Positions 1-12,890 of a stretch of 64,000 nt of DNA are shown here, in pieces; position 1 is the first letter of the stretch; each line of letters opens with the position of its first letter. Both the position numbers and the translations under genes were made by a program. This DNA is from Lingula anatina (taxonomy: Eukaryota > Animalia > Brachiopoda), in assembly GCA_051362555.1 (NCBI GenBank), contig CM120641.1, forward strand, positions 34,664,401 to 34,728,400. The letters run 5' to 3'. Below the pieces are notes generated by a model. That model had not been told where the DNA came from and did not search any database. It saw nothing but the letters and a program-made list of their open reading frames with translations.

Positions 1-42
1 ATTGTGTTTTGAAAGTGTTCTTCATTCCAAGTTCACACTTAC

Positions 43-3000
43 TTCACATTCAGTGGACTGGAAGACTGCCTCTTCTTCACAGGTAAGTCCAAGTCAGATG
101 CTGGTATGTTATGCTTTCTGGATGAAGACTTCTGCATTCTCTCGATGAAATCTTTGTAAGCAACAACACTAAAGGTGTCTCCAGTGGTTATGTTCTGTAG
201 CACTACATAAAAAAAATCCAAAGTCTAAAATTGTATTACACTATTCTATGAGATCTTGGGGCCACTAAACATTACATTTAAAATGTTGATAAGCAATTTA
301 GACATAGAGCGTGGATTGAAAAGGTTTTCATTATGGTTTACTCCCCTTTTGCAAGTCATTCAAACAAAATATAAATGTATGGACCCAGCAAAATTTTGGC
401 AGAACCTGCTATTCTACAAATTCAACTGACTGTTTATAACAAATCAAAACTGTGCATATATATGTAATTAATTAATTATAATGAAAAAAAACTACCTCTG
501 TCAGCTTCATCCTTTTTGTACAGAGAAACAAAGGCAGAGTTATCATCCAGCCAACCAATGTAAACATTCCCTACATAAAGATAAAACAAAGACTATCATT
601 AAAGGAATACCATAAACGTTCTTCTTTGGATAAACTCATCAACTTCAATACAGAAAGTTAAACATCAAGCAAGTAATAATAATCTTATATCCTCAGATTT
701 TAATTTTTTTAAATACATGTTGAATAATCTAGTCTGTTTTACCCATGATATAAAGATCTTACTTAAAATGTGGTCTTATTTGTGCTATTTTTGTTTGGAA
801 GTGAATGACTGTTTATTTAAACAAAACCATATTACTATCATAACAATATACAAAATTGAATGTCTCTTACCAAAGGGAGCAAAGAGCTGAGAAATGTCAG
901 ACGTCTTCCATTCTTTTGGGAATGACAAATGGAACACATGATCTCGGCTTGGCTGTACTGAAAGAGTAAAATATAAATTACTGGATGAAAAACAACAACA
1001 AAGAAATGGTCCTTTGCAAGATTTTAAATCGCACTTGGCACATAAATTTCATAGGAAGAAATGGAAGAAATTAAAGCAAGAATTCACACTTACAATCAGG
1101 TCCTGCCAGATTCATGTAAGGAATGTCTTGTACTCGGAACATGAATAACCTGAAATGAAATTGAAATATCAGTGAACAAACTGTGCCAAAATCAATCTTG
1201 TTATCATCATCATAAAGTTGCATTCTAGATTTCACCACTTTCTGCCAAGTGTCTCTGCTCGTAATCAGATTTGGAACATTTTCTATCACCTTGCTGAATT
1301 CACAATCAATACAGTTTAGTGGTATTGTCTGAGGTGGTCTCAACCTTGGCACAGTAGCAGTAGAAAACTGAACTGCAAGTGTTGTTTAAAATATGTAAAA
1401 CTTAATTATTTATGGGTACCCTAACACTACACAAGGCTTCTGTTTCTGTAGGTAAAATGCGTTTATCCAATTAAGGTTACATTAAATTAATTTCATTTAC
1501 ACCATTACTACAGTCTTGTGCGGTGTTAAAAAAACACCACACATACAAAGATTTGTCTTACTTGTTTAGAAAGGGCTCTATTAGGGGTGATGATGGAGGT
1601 ATATGCTCTTTTTTTGGTGACTGAAAAGTGCCTTTCAAAGAGAAAAAAATAGAGACTTTGAAAAATCATTGCTATGCAACATAATTTCTTTAAACATTTC
1701 ATCGTTGATGGCAATTTGTCCGCAATGAAGGTCCAATCTAAAGCAACTAGTGGATCAGAGAGGCGATACCGCCTCAGAATATTGTACCACCAGCTGGAGC
1801 AAGCGCATTTGTATAGACCCCCCACATACACAAAATAAGGGACACAGCCACCAGTCTTCTGCTTGACAAGCTATAAAAATGCAATCAACAAGAATTTTCA
1901 AAATACGCAAAAAATATATATAACTTAAAATGGTACAATCAAAGTTAAGTTCATCGTAAGGTAGGTCAAAGGTCAATTTCAAGGTCACAGTAAATTGCCA
2001 GTATATGACTTCCTATTCAACTTCAATAGTAACTATGGACCTATCTCTGCCAGGTTTGGAGTTAAAAGAGAAAGAAATTAGCAGAGTTCAGTTCATGGTG
2101 AAAAGTAGGTCAAAGGTCAATTTCAAGGTCACACTTAGATTGCCAGTATATGACTTCTTATTCAAGTTCAATAGTAACTATGGACCTATCTCTGCTACTT
2201 TTGGAGATAAAAGGGAAGCAAAATTTGCAAAGTTTAGTTCATGGTGAAAAGTAGGTCAAAGGTCGATTTCAAGGTCACAGTAAGATTGCCAGTACATGAC
2301 TTCCTATTCAACTTCAATAGTAACTATGGACTTATCTCTGCCAGTTTTGGAGATATAAGGGACTAAATGTTATAATTTTGGAGTTACCATAATGTGCCAT
2401 AAATTTCCTACGGAAAAAATTAATTAAAATAAAGAAAAGGTCATTTTGGTCAAAATTCTTGAAATGGGAGGTGCTCTGAAGTTCCAGATGTTCAAATTTG
2501 ATGTAATAATGTCATTTTCGACCACAAGTTGCCTGCTTTGCCAAGCCTTATGTTTTATTTTTCCGGAGTTCAAAATTTATTATCCATTACCGTACTGCAC
2601 ATTTTGCTTTAACCACCAAAATGTACTTTTTGATACAGCATAACTTTGGAGATAAAAGGGAAGCAAAATTTGCAAAGTTCAGTTCATGATGAAAAGTAGG
2701 TCAAAGGTCAATTTCAAGGTCACAGTAAGATTGCCAGTATATGACTTCCTATTCATCTTCAATAGTAACTATGGACCTATCTCTGCCAGTTTTGGAGATA
2801 AAAGGGAGGCAAAATTTGCAAAGTTCAGTTCATGGTGAAAAGTAGGTCAAAGGTCAATTTCAAGGTCACAGTAAGATTGCCAGTACATGACTTCCTATTC
2901 AACTTCAATAGTAACTATGGACTTACATGCTCTACAAAATGCAAAAAAGAATGGGTCTCTAGCATTAACGGTTCCCGAATTAGAGACAGTTTTCAGTTTC

Positions 3001-6000
3001 GGTATCTTATGGCCGCTACACCCGTGAAAATGCACCGATTGACCCCAAATTCACACAGATGAAAGATGACCTGAAGGGTAACATTTTCCAATAATATTAT
3101 TGGTTAAGTCTGTGTGGTGTCTGAATAACAGCGCAAATAAATTTTTTTTCGTAAAAAAATTCATTTTTTTGAAAATTTTTGCCCGTTTGACCTTGAAATA
3201 AAGGTCAAAGGTCAAATCCAAGGGCATATTTGAAATCTACACATATGACTTTTGGAAAGCCGTCTGTAGAAATTTTTCCCATAATTCCTTCCGTAGGGTA
3301 GATAATTAGCATTTAATTTTGCCATTTTTGGACAAGGGTGCATTGCAATGAGTGCCACACCTAGACCCCAATACCGACAAAGCCCAAATTTTACGTGGAA
3401 CGAGTTGAGATTATAGGTGACCTAAATCCAAGAGATGGGTATGGGGGCCCTTACCGTCTAGGAGGAGAAGCGGTAACGGTAACATGGCCACGGAGCCGGC
3501 GGAGCCGCAGGAGCCGGCGGAACGGACTGGACGGGACGGGACTAAAACCATGTGTACCGCCAGCGCTAACGCTGGTGGTACAATTAATCTCAGTCTGTAA
3601 AAGAGACTATTTATTAAGTTAAAAAAAGTAAAATACTGAAAAACAATTTTTATGACATTTATGACATAGCACGTAAACACACCTTTAATGCCACTTCATT
3701 TCATAAACATGAAACGTGTGAGAAACACTAATGTGTCAGACAAATATTATCACATTCACCAAGGAAGTCAAAAGTATGTAAGTTCATTATAATTCTTTGC
3801 CCTGAATTCGATGCACATGAAAATCGTCCAAATTTTGGCAAACGTAGGCTAGCATCTGTGCTATACTTCTGTATTTTTGTCTTGTAAGCTCAACCGAAAT
3901 TGTTCACAGTAAATTATCAACAAATGTATCCCTATCTGACAACAATGCATGCATGGAGACTGGTGCTAATGAAAACGTGTATGTGCATACCTAGATATTT
4001 GGACATTCCAATAAAACACAGGCCTGTGATAAATGCATCATAACCAGCTTCATGGAGCTGTTCATTGTCAGTGGTATAAGCAGGAAAACCTTCTGCACTC
4101 TCTGGAATGATACAGAAACCATGCACAGGACTTTAAAGAATGCCCGATTCTGATATTTAAAACATGATTAACAAAAAAAAAAAAAATAATAAAAAAAAAA
4201 TAAAAAAAATATATATATATATATATATAAATAAAATAAAATAAATAAATAAATAAATAAATAAAATAATAATAATAATAATTTCCATGTTACTGTTAAA
4301 ATATTTTCCCATCTTATGTAAATTTTTTGAAGAAACCATCTTTCAGTATATATTTCCTGAGTTACGGAGTACTGTAACAGTGAAATCTTTATGTGACTAT
4401 ACAGCATGGACCTACCAACAACAGGTTTTTCAAATGGTTTGTTTTCCAATAATTTGCGCAGGTCTCCAAGAGTAGTGTTGATGATCCAATCCTATCATCA
4501 TTAACAGAACAACAGTTATTACTATGTGATGCAATTACAATTAATTCAAGATCTTTACCACCATAAAATTAAATTGAAGTATTTTACAATTAAGCAGAAA
4601 CTGTTCGGATCAGATTTTAATAATCAGTACACCGACAACCGATGAAATAATTTGCAATTTGCACAACATATATGACCAAAATTATGTTAAGAACCTCATT
4701 AAGATCAATAGTGCATATATACTGTATCACTTACTTTGAATGGATGGGTGCTAGACATGAGTTTAGTATCCAGTAACCTACAGGAGAATGCAAAAATGTC
4801 AAGTACACAGAGACGCCAAAGCTGAACAGAAACATTAGATAGCATTTGTATCTCTGTCAAGTTTATATTTTAACCAACACAATTAACAAAACATTTATGC
4901 ACAGTAAATAGCCACTAGATAATTAAGCTGCTCCATTGTCTGACATACATCTATATAAATACAAACATTCTCATCACAAACTGAAACAACCACCCACATC
5001 TATCTTCACTGGATAATAGCACTAAATATTTACCTTGGAAACACACATCTTGTTAGAGATTTAAAATCTTCATAACTCTGAAAGAAAAAATCAAGTACAT
5101 CTTCAAATAGATGGGACACAATATAAACACAGAATGACTAACACAGATGACAGCTGAATCAACTTATGTTATGCTTCTTAGCATAAAATAATACAGCAAT
5201 AATTAATATTTGTTCAGTTACCAGTAAAATGAAAATCTATAAATGTCAGATGAGCAAACTTTATAATAAAGGTCACAAATATGGCTAACATAAAAAAGGG
5301 TAAAAATAAATATTCTACCAAAAGGGAGCCATAATATGAATTGAAAATCACCTATCATCAAATTCCTTTAGTATCTTATTTTCATGATCAAAGACCCTTT
5401 TCACATCAAATATATACTAAACTAATGGCTCACTTCAACAGATTACCACTTTATAGAGTACCTATTATGTAGGGGAATCACCTAAATTCTGACAATTAAT
5501 GATCTCAATTTTACAGCAAACTTGTGTGGAATTTGTGAAATGGAGTAAAACCATCTGTAGCAAAATATACGTTAGGACGTCTCAAAATAAACCAGTCCAG
5601 TATACTACTCATTATGATAAAGACCAATTTTTTCCCATTCCATTAAAGGGATAACAACTGTTCGTATGAGATTCATATTTCATGATAAATACATTGTAAA
5701 CAACTCATAGAAATATAATATATTCCATTTTACCACCACAATTGTTTTCTGTGTTTGCCCTCAGACCATAGATGGCTAAATCTCTGTAATAATCTCTTAA
5801 AGGATTATTACAAAAAGCCAAACTTTTTAGAAAAAAAAAAACAAAAGCATATGGACTACCTTTGAATGTCAGAATGGATTCATAAACCATTGATAAACAA
5901 CTGTTACAATTGTTATCTCTTCAATTATACACTGGAGCACCTTGAAGTTATGCACACTCACCTCTGGTAAGGGGCAACTGAATTGATGCAGTACATGTAA

Positions 6001-9000
6001 AACGTCCAGCATCATATTATGACCCACAACAAGCTTGCCCTGAAACAACAAGTGCACAGATGATGACTGATTAAACAACAGATTGACTGTACATGTATGT
6101 GGAATATGTTCTTAAGGTTAGTTTTTTTTTAGCTATTAATTGCCAGTCAAGAAGTGTGACATAAACCTTGGTCACTGCATTTGCAGATTACATATGTTCT
6201 GATTCATATAATTTTGTCCAGCAAGAGTATGCCAACCAAAATATAAATTTGAAAACAAATATGAACTGGCCTTTGAACAACTACAAGTAAGAGCATTACT
6301 ATTTAAAAAAATATATATATGAGAAAAATATTATTACTATATATCTTTTAAAAATTTCTTTTTTTCAGCAATAAATGCATGGCCCTTAAAGCAATTTAAT
6401 AAGAATCTATTTCTAAGCATAGCTTCATCAACAGTTATTAATAAATATTGCTAAAAGTGATACTTACAGACTGAGAGATCATGCGGATTACTTTTGAAAA
6501 CCCAACAGCATTCTCCAACTCCTCCTAAAATTTTCAAACATGAATAAAACACTTCTTGAAAATGGAATGTGTTGAACATCTCCACACAAATTAATGGATA
6601 AAAATGTTTTTTATATGTCTTCAGTGTTTCTTTGATAACAGTTTGTATAAAAATAATTCAGTAACTTGGCAGCTGACCAAGATGCCTGTTGCTAGTTAAT
6701 GACTGTTTATTTTAATGTAATCTGTTATTCGGACAATAAAAAGGGTGCAAATGAAGGAGGAGTTACATGTACATATACCTTGCACACAAACCCTATAATT
6801 ACAAGTGGCTAGCTGAAAAAAGCTTTGCAAAACAGCAACCTGATCTTTGACAATACATTACATTTACTTGGATCAATAACATCTTAATCAGTACTTTTAC
6901 ATAATACTGAAACCGGACTGAACGATTACTGCAAATAACATGCAATATAGAAATGCTCTGATCTCCACTAACACAGTTCAGTTTTAATTACCATTTCTGC
7001 TGCCTTCCTGCTTTCTTCTTTTTGTTTCTGGTCTTCTGCATTCTTAACTTTGGAGATGACTATATACCTTTGCCTGTTATTATTTGTTTTAGTTTCTAGG
7101 TGCAGACCTGCATGAAACCTGCAAAAAAAAAAAAATAATAATAATAAAAATAAATAAATAAATAAAAAGTTGAGATATATTGTGCAATAATAAACCCGAG
7201 TTTTATTTATATCATATTTTCTACATTTAAACTTCCACCAAAGATATCAAATTTAGTTATTTTCAGTGTGCATTTTGTCGTAACTGTTTTCTATGGAAAG
7301 TAATTATAAACTGGGCTATAAGCTACTAATATGGCAAGGACTTGCTTGCCAGAATTCTCACATCCAATATTCAACAGTTTGATATAAGAGTATTTATTTT
7401 GTATATTTCTTACTTTCTGTTAACCTTCATAAAAGTAAATAAAATCTGCTACATCCTTCTTGTATAGAAATGTGAGACATTTACTTGACTGCACAAAAAT
7501 AACAAATAGTAAAAATAATTTACTTTAGCTTTAATGTCTGATACACCAATTTTCTTTGAAATGCACTGGTTGGCTTGAGTTCTAATGTTTGTGAGGTGTT
7601 TCCTTCTGCTGTCAACTCTTCAACTTGCTTACTAAAAAATTAATAATATACTTTTCAAAATTATTAATCTGAAATAAAAAAATCCAAAATTCACACTTTT
7701 TAAATATTAAATTCTCTGTTACATCACTAGTTAAGCCAATGATCGAACATTTCCTTTCCTTTTAACCCAAAAGTTACAACTTTCACCAATAAAAACTTCA
7801 AAGCCAGATTTTGAAAAAAAAAACTGTAGTAACAAACAGAAGAACAGCCTGCAACCTTACCAAATGTCCTCCACATATTGTTTATGCTCACTGGGGATCT
7901 CTATGGGACCTTTGGCTACAGCAGTGTCGGCCCCGGTGGGACTAGTGAAGGCAGGGGAAGACATCATATCGAGTTGGTTGTACTTTGATTCCAGCGCATC
8001 ACGGGACTTCTGCTCTTCTGCTGGGGTCAAGTATGGAATGCCTGAGAGCAAAATTTAATAAATAAACATATTAATTAATAAATTAATAATAATAAATTAA
8101 AATAACAAATCCACAATGTTTTTTGTCCCCTATCAAAAGGACAGAATGATCTGAGACATTTCACAGCATACAGGATCCCCATGACCCCCCCCCCTCTTAA
8201 TCTGCCACTGCATAGTACCAATGCTACCTGACTGAAGTTTGTACACGTGACAGTAACAGTAAATTGAAAAAAATCTTACCTTCTCTAAACAATTTGTTAA
8301 AATCAAATCCCTGAGACACCAAAAAATCAATACTGGAACTCTGGAAAGCAAAAACATAGTGTATATATATTCCAGTGAAATAGAATTTGTAGAAACATCC
8401 TACATTACATGTCTGAATGTTAATTCTGTGTTCCAGTTTAGTTCAATAGAGTTAATAACAGGCCTAATTGTTAATTCTCTTCTAAAATATGGCAAGGTGA
8501 CAAAAGGGAAAAAATATTACAGAGGGTATGAATACTTTTTACTGCAAAGTGCCCTAAAATGATTGCAGAACATCATTTGACAAATTTGTCAACAAAGATT
8601 TGCAAAATACCTCTCAGGTTCTTTCACAATTGGTCTGCAAAACTATGCTTGCAAGGGAAAACTCCCAAGAAGCTTTTGGGTTATCTCGACATTATTGTTG
8701 TCCTAAACCTGTATATGTAGATAAATTACAAAAACTGAACTTAAAAACAGAAACTAAGGAATGAACCAGAACCTGATAGAACCAGTCTCCATACCTGACA
8801 TGAGAAGCACACATCTGGAGCCTGTCTGCTGAATGGCTTTGGAAATAAGTAAAAATTGAATGCTCTGATGATGTGTCTGTAAAAAAATTGTTGAAATAAC
8901 AATTAAATCTAGACCTATGCCCGTAAAATTTGCATAGATACGTTTGGTTGGCTAGCCACACCATTTTAACCCTTTTTGCACAGAAAAATATGTTAACTGA

Positions 9001-10271
9001 TAACCAAATGCTATGTGAAATAATCTAATAGAAAGAAATTGACAGCATGTATAACCTCAAAAGAACTAATTGTGTTACCTCTTTGTTGTAGCTTCATATT
9101 CAAATGCACAGAGGCCAAACTGCATAAGTAGGAAATCCATAGAACCCTAAACAATTTAAAAACAAGTAAAATCCCTATACATACATAATCATTACCAACA
9201 ATCTCCAGTGCCATACATAATCATTTGACAATATTTTAAATATTTTACAATATTTTAATTGATTTGATACTATATTCATTAGGGAAAAATTTTTTAAGCT
9301 TCTTCCCTGTTGTTTTGGTATGTTATTACACCTAGTCCTAGACTTACCTGTCGTAGCTTTTGGTATCTTTCATTTGGGGTGTCAAATGCATGAAGATTCA
9401 CTCCTTTTTGTAGTCCTGTTCATTAAATTATAAGATTTAAAAGATTACATCTATTTGTTGCACTGCATTCATATCAACTCTCTTGGAAAATAATAAATTC
9501 AAATATATATATATATTCACTAGTCATTTTCTAAAACTATATTTTACCATTAAAATGTTATTGCACCATTACTCCATCAAAAGTAACACTGCACTAATTA
9601 AAATTTGCATTAAATAAGCTTATCTAAAAAAAGTTTCAGAGATCATAGCTATTTGTGAAGCCATACACTGCACTAGCATGCAGTTGATCTTATCTTTGAC
9701 AAGCGCCAAGAATAACATGGATTGTTTGCACAGTTACTGAATAAGTTATATCTCCCCCCATTTTTAAATAAAACAAATTGGTATAAGATATGGCATCTAA
9801 ATTATGAAATACCTGTTGCCAATTGCATTCACTCATCAAGAACTGGCAATGGTCAGTTACAATATATAACAGGTTAGCTATAAAATGTATATACAGTATC
9901 TCACAGTACAATTTGCAAAGACCTACATTGTATGTGTCACTTTCAGATTATAGAGCAAGCCATGTTACCTGTGAATTCTCCATCTATTGCCAGGAAGGAT
10001 GCTTTGCTAATGGCACTGGAGATTGTTGGTAATGACTCTCTGAAATCTAGCAAATGTTGCTTTTAAGTTCAATCTTTCTGAATGTGCACAAATCTACAAA
10101 ATTGTGTTTGAGTTTACGTTACAATGTCTGAAAATTTCCAAAAAATTAACAAGTAAAAATACCAGTGCAAGGACTGTCAATAAAAAGAACTTTGATGTCT
10201 TTGCATCTTAATCGTTATCGCCGAGGTGAAAAGAACAAAGGCAAACCCTTACTGCTTCGAGTAACTTCCAT
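43..10271 (-). CDS. PARN: Poly(A)-specific ribonuclease PARN (DEDD nuclease + R3H + RRM), spliced, 3' end beyond the left edge
   Basis: 20 GT-AG exons in continuous phase (5'->3'): 10271-10253, 10046-9969, 9415-9348, 9146-9079, 8876-8795, 8340-8280, 8041-7861, 7631-7524, 7118-6992, 6524-6468, 6039-5962, 5077-5034, 4777-4735, 4491-4416, 4101-3991, 1631-1562, 1149-1094, 957-871, 570-496, 202-43 (1649 nt). Translation starts MEVTRSNFRESLP and contains the DEDD motifs [17 protein letters not shown] and LHEAGYDA, R3H-like [10 protein letters not shown], and [21 protein letters not shown]...[12 protein letters not shown]. Confidence 0.96.
1745..3587 (-). mobile_element. Non-autonomous Helentron-associated element (HINE), family 2, in PARN intron 15
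   Basis: On the minus strand the 5' end TTAATTGTACCACCAGC forms a hairpin with GCTGGCGGTACA, followed by a GTCC-type microsatellite. Internal tandem repeats. The 3' end has the subTIR GCTGGTGGTACAAT (1781-1794), a GAGGCG-GTAT-CGCCTC palindrome and CTAGTT. No transposase ORF. Confidence 0.8.
1961..2925. repeat. ~146-bp tandem repeat (5 units, interrupted by ~300 bp) inside HINE family 2
   Basis: GTAGGTCAAAGGTCAATTTCAAGGTCAC...TATGACTTCCTATTCAACTTCAATAGTAACTATGGAC recurs at ~1961, 2105, 2251, 2697, 2843. Confidence 0.92.
4173..4282. repeat. Compound A/AT/AAAT/AAT microsatellite
   Basis: Visible directly in PARN intron 14; it generates the spurious I/F/Y-rich ORFs 4157-4449. Confidence 0.9.
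9180..9225. other. Templated inverted insertion (26-nt antisense copy of PARN exon 2) with 14-nt flanking direct repeat
   Basis: 9189-9214 TCATTACCAACAATCTCCAGTGCCAT is the exact reverse complement of 10010-10035. CATACATAATCATT occurs at 9180-9193 and 9212-9225. Confidence 0.9.
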
Positions 10272-10432
10272 GATCAAAAGTCACAATATCTGCAGCATGT
10301 ATGATCTACGATCTACATGTGTCGTACTGCTTCGGCGTGTTGAATGAAATAGAGTATAGACTAAGTTCAGAGAGACAGCGGTACTTTCAGCGACACCGAA
10401 AATTTGCCCTATCAGGCTACCTAGGATGTTGT

Positions 10433-10450
10433 ACACTAGATGGCACTGTG
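10433..10450 (+). promoter_or_regulatory. CTCF-like motif just upstream of PARN, between the divergent promoters
   Basis: ACACTAGATGGCACTGTG resembles the CTCF core CCASYAGRKGGCRSY; it lies ~160 bp upstream of the PARN ATG in a locally CpG-richer stretch. Confidence 0.45.
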
Positions 10451-10823
10451 CATCTTCTATTTATATTATTTTGCACACCTGAGAATGTATTCGTTGTATG
10501 ATAAAAGGTATATTAATTCAATGTTTAATTCTAAGGTCGAAGGTCAATACTGAAAGGTGGCTTATAACGTTACACACAACTCCTTACTGGTGTTTTTTCA
10601 CCCTGAGTTTCAATATCTACTTGAGATCCGCCTCAGCCAAGTCGACTGCTTTGAACATATACAAACGACAACATATACATATGCTTATAGATGTGAAATT
10701 TAGTTATACCATCAGTACTTTAAAAGATCAGAATAATTGCACATTTTTCAAAACTCCCTACATAGATAAAATGTATTATTATTAATTTAATCAATTATTA
10801 ATATTTAAAAACTTAGATCTAAA

Positions 10824-10825
<2 letters not shown>

Positions 10826-10887
<62 letters not shown>
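10826..10887. repeat. (AAT)n microsatellite
   Basis: About 20 perfect AAT units. Confidence 0.97.
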
Positions 10888-10888
<1 letters not shown>

Positions 10889-11689
10889 CAGAAATGTATA
10901 AGAAATTTAATTTAGAGTTATTTGTTTAGTGGATGGTACTATCTTCTTAAAAAATAAAGGGGTTTGTGTGGGATCGAGGAGCTACAGTCAGGAGGCTCAT
11001 TACCTGAATTTTGAAATAATAAATAAATTTTAAAAAAACAACATAAATTTACATAGAATCAAAAAATGTATATACATTATAAATGCTAGGTAAAATAAAA
11101 TTAAATAAAATTTTGAAAATCTGTTTTTTTTTTTTTTTTTCTTACTAATTGGCCTAAACAACATGCACTGAGCACTTATTTCTAATTTCCTTATTATTTT
11201 TGATTACTTTCATATGATCTGGATTTGTTCAGATTGCACTTTCCTCACTTTGCAGTTATAGACGGATGCTTTGAATTTTTGGCATTGCACATGTAACTGT
11301 TACCATGTCTGCTTGTATTTTCTAAGGTAAAAACAAAATCCTGTACCAGTAGCCTATATATTAAAAAGAAAGAAAGAAAGAAAGGGAAAAAACTTATAAA
11401 TTAATTTCTCTTAATTATTTTCTAAAATTCTCCTGTTCATACAACTGAAGTGATTATTTATAAAAATCTGAAAAGTTGTTATTGTTGTTGTAGTTTTCCA
11501 CGGGGAAGGGGCAGAAGGTGCGTGTATTTTTTATAGTAGGAGGATGGTTGGGGGTGGAGTACCTCAGCTGTTAGCACCTTCAAGGCATTCGATGGGTGTA
11601 TTTGCTTCTACAGTATCCACTGAGTTGAGTGTTTTAAGATCCTTTTTTGTTTAATACACTGAATAAATCGAACTAATCAAGCATTGATA

Positions 11690-12002
11690 AGAAACGTGAC
11701 ATTACCCGCATCCGGCTGAACGGTGCTAATTTGCATATGCATAGGTGAGTTTTCACATAATGCATAATTTACTTTTCAATATGGCGTCAACCTTGCAGTA
11801 AGCGTTACTGGTGCAGTGATCGGTCACGAATCATTGCATAGGGGAAAACTGAAGCCAGGGGTGAGTTGGTAATTTAGAAGGCCTCATTTTCTACAGGCGT
11901 ATATTTGATGGTGCCAGTAAATGCACGATTGCGGCCATTTCGAGAATAACGGTCTACGTACATGAGGCGGTGAAACCTACAATGTTTACAGTTACGAGTT
12001 AG
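11690..12002 (+). promoter_or_regulatory. Probable promoter / non-coding first exon of the CAP/SORBS gene
   Basis: Locally CpG-rich in a CpG-poor background. Octamer ATTTGCAT at 11729-11736 and YY1-like AATATGGCG at ~11778. Consensus donors at 11745 (AG|GTGAGT), 11861 (GG|GTGAGT) and 12003 (AG|GTGAGG). The ATG exon has an acceptor at 18538|18539, which implies an upstream exon. Confidence 0.5.
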
Positions 12003-12669
12003 GTGAGGTTAGCATTAATGTCAGTGTTCAGTGTTAGTGAAATAGAAATGCCTCTATTGACATTGCTATCTTGAGGTATTGTACTTAACGTATACTAAAC
12101 CATAGCTCAAACAACAGGCTCTGTGTTTTTACTATATATGTTGTGTAGGTTAGAAGTTATAGTGACACTGTAAATAGTGCTTTCGCGGATACAATGTACA
12201 GTAATAGTGACCCCGTTAAATAATGGGTTAGATCCATGGTTTACCTAGCGTATCAAAGCGGTTAACCGTCATAACGCAAAGTTTGTGTGTATTACGCCTG
12301 TTCTACTTCACTTCACAAATTCACCCAAGCTAGTGTAGTGCAATCTGATTGTCACAAAAGAAATTACTGGTAATAATAATATTGAGTTGATGTGGCTTTG
12401 TGTATGGTTTAGATAAAGCAGGATCAATAGTATGGACAATAATCAGATAAAGAGGCTTGTGGCATATCCAAGTCAGTCAAGTGTTATAGACATAAACCCC
12501 TCTATTTGCCCTTCAGGCAATGAACTGGACTTGCTTGCAGTGATTACAATAACAAATATTACTTGCCATTTTGCCAATTAAACATGTTAGTTTAGTTCTG
12601 AAAACTGACCAGGAGTTTGTCTGTAGCAGTTTCCGCCTCACTTCTGTTACTTATCTATTAGATAAAATG

Positions 12670-12890
12670 CTAATTTATTTGGTTTAACCCATATAATTGT
12701 TTTATTGTTGACTTTATTGGTTTGACTCCTTTCATTGTTTGACTATTGATTCAATTAGTTTTCTTCCCATCATTTATTATATTGCTTTTTAATTGGTTTG
12801 CCTCCCATCATTAATTTTATTGTTAATTAAATTTGAATGCTTTTTAACATTCTTTTATTGTTTATATAATTTGAATACCTTCCCTCAATG
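12670..12890. repeat. Degenerate T-rich ~40-bp minisatellite
   Basis: Recurring TTTATTGGTTTGACTCC / TAATTGGTTTGCCTCCCATCATT / AATTTGAATGC-like units. Confidence 0.5.

Noticed and set aside
1071-1352. 93-aa ORF
   Set aside because: Only 1149-1094 ([18 protein letters not shown]) is a PARN exon; the rest is open intron.
2005-3680. ORFs within HINE family 2 ([12 protein letters not shown]...)
   Set aside because: Translations of the tandem repeat and GC-rich microsatellite; no Rep/helicase or transposase motifs.
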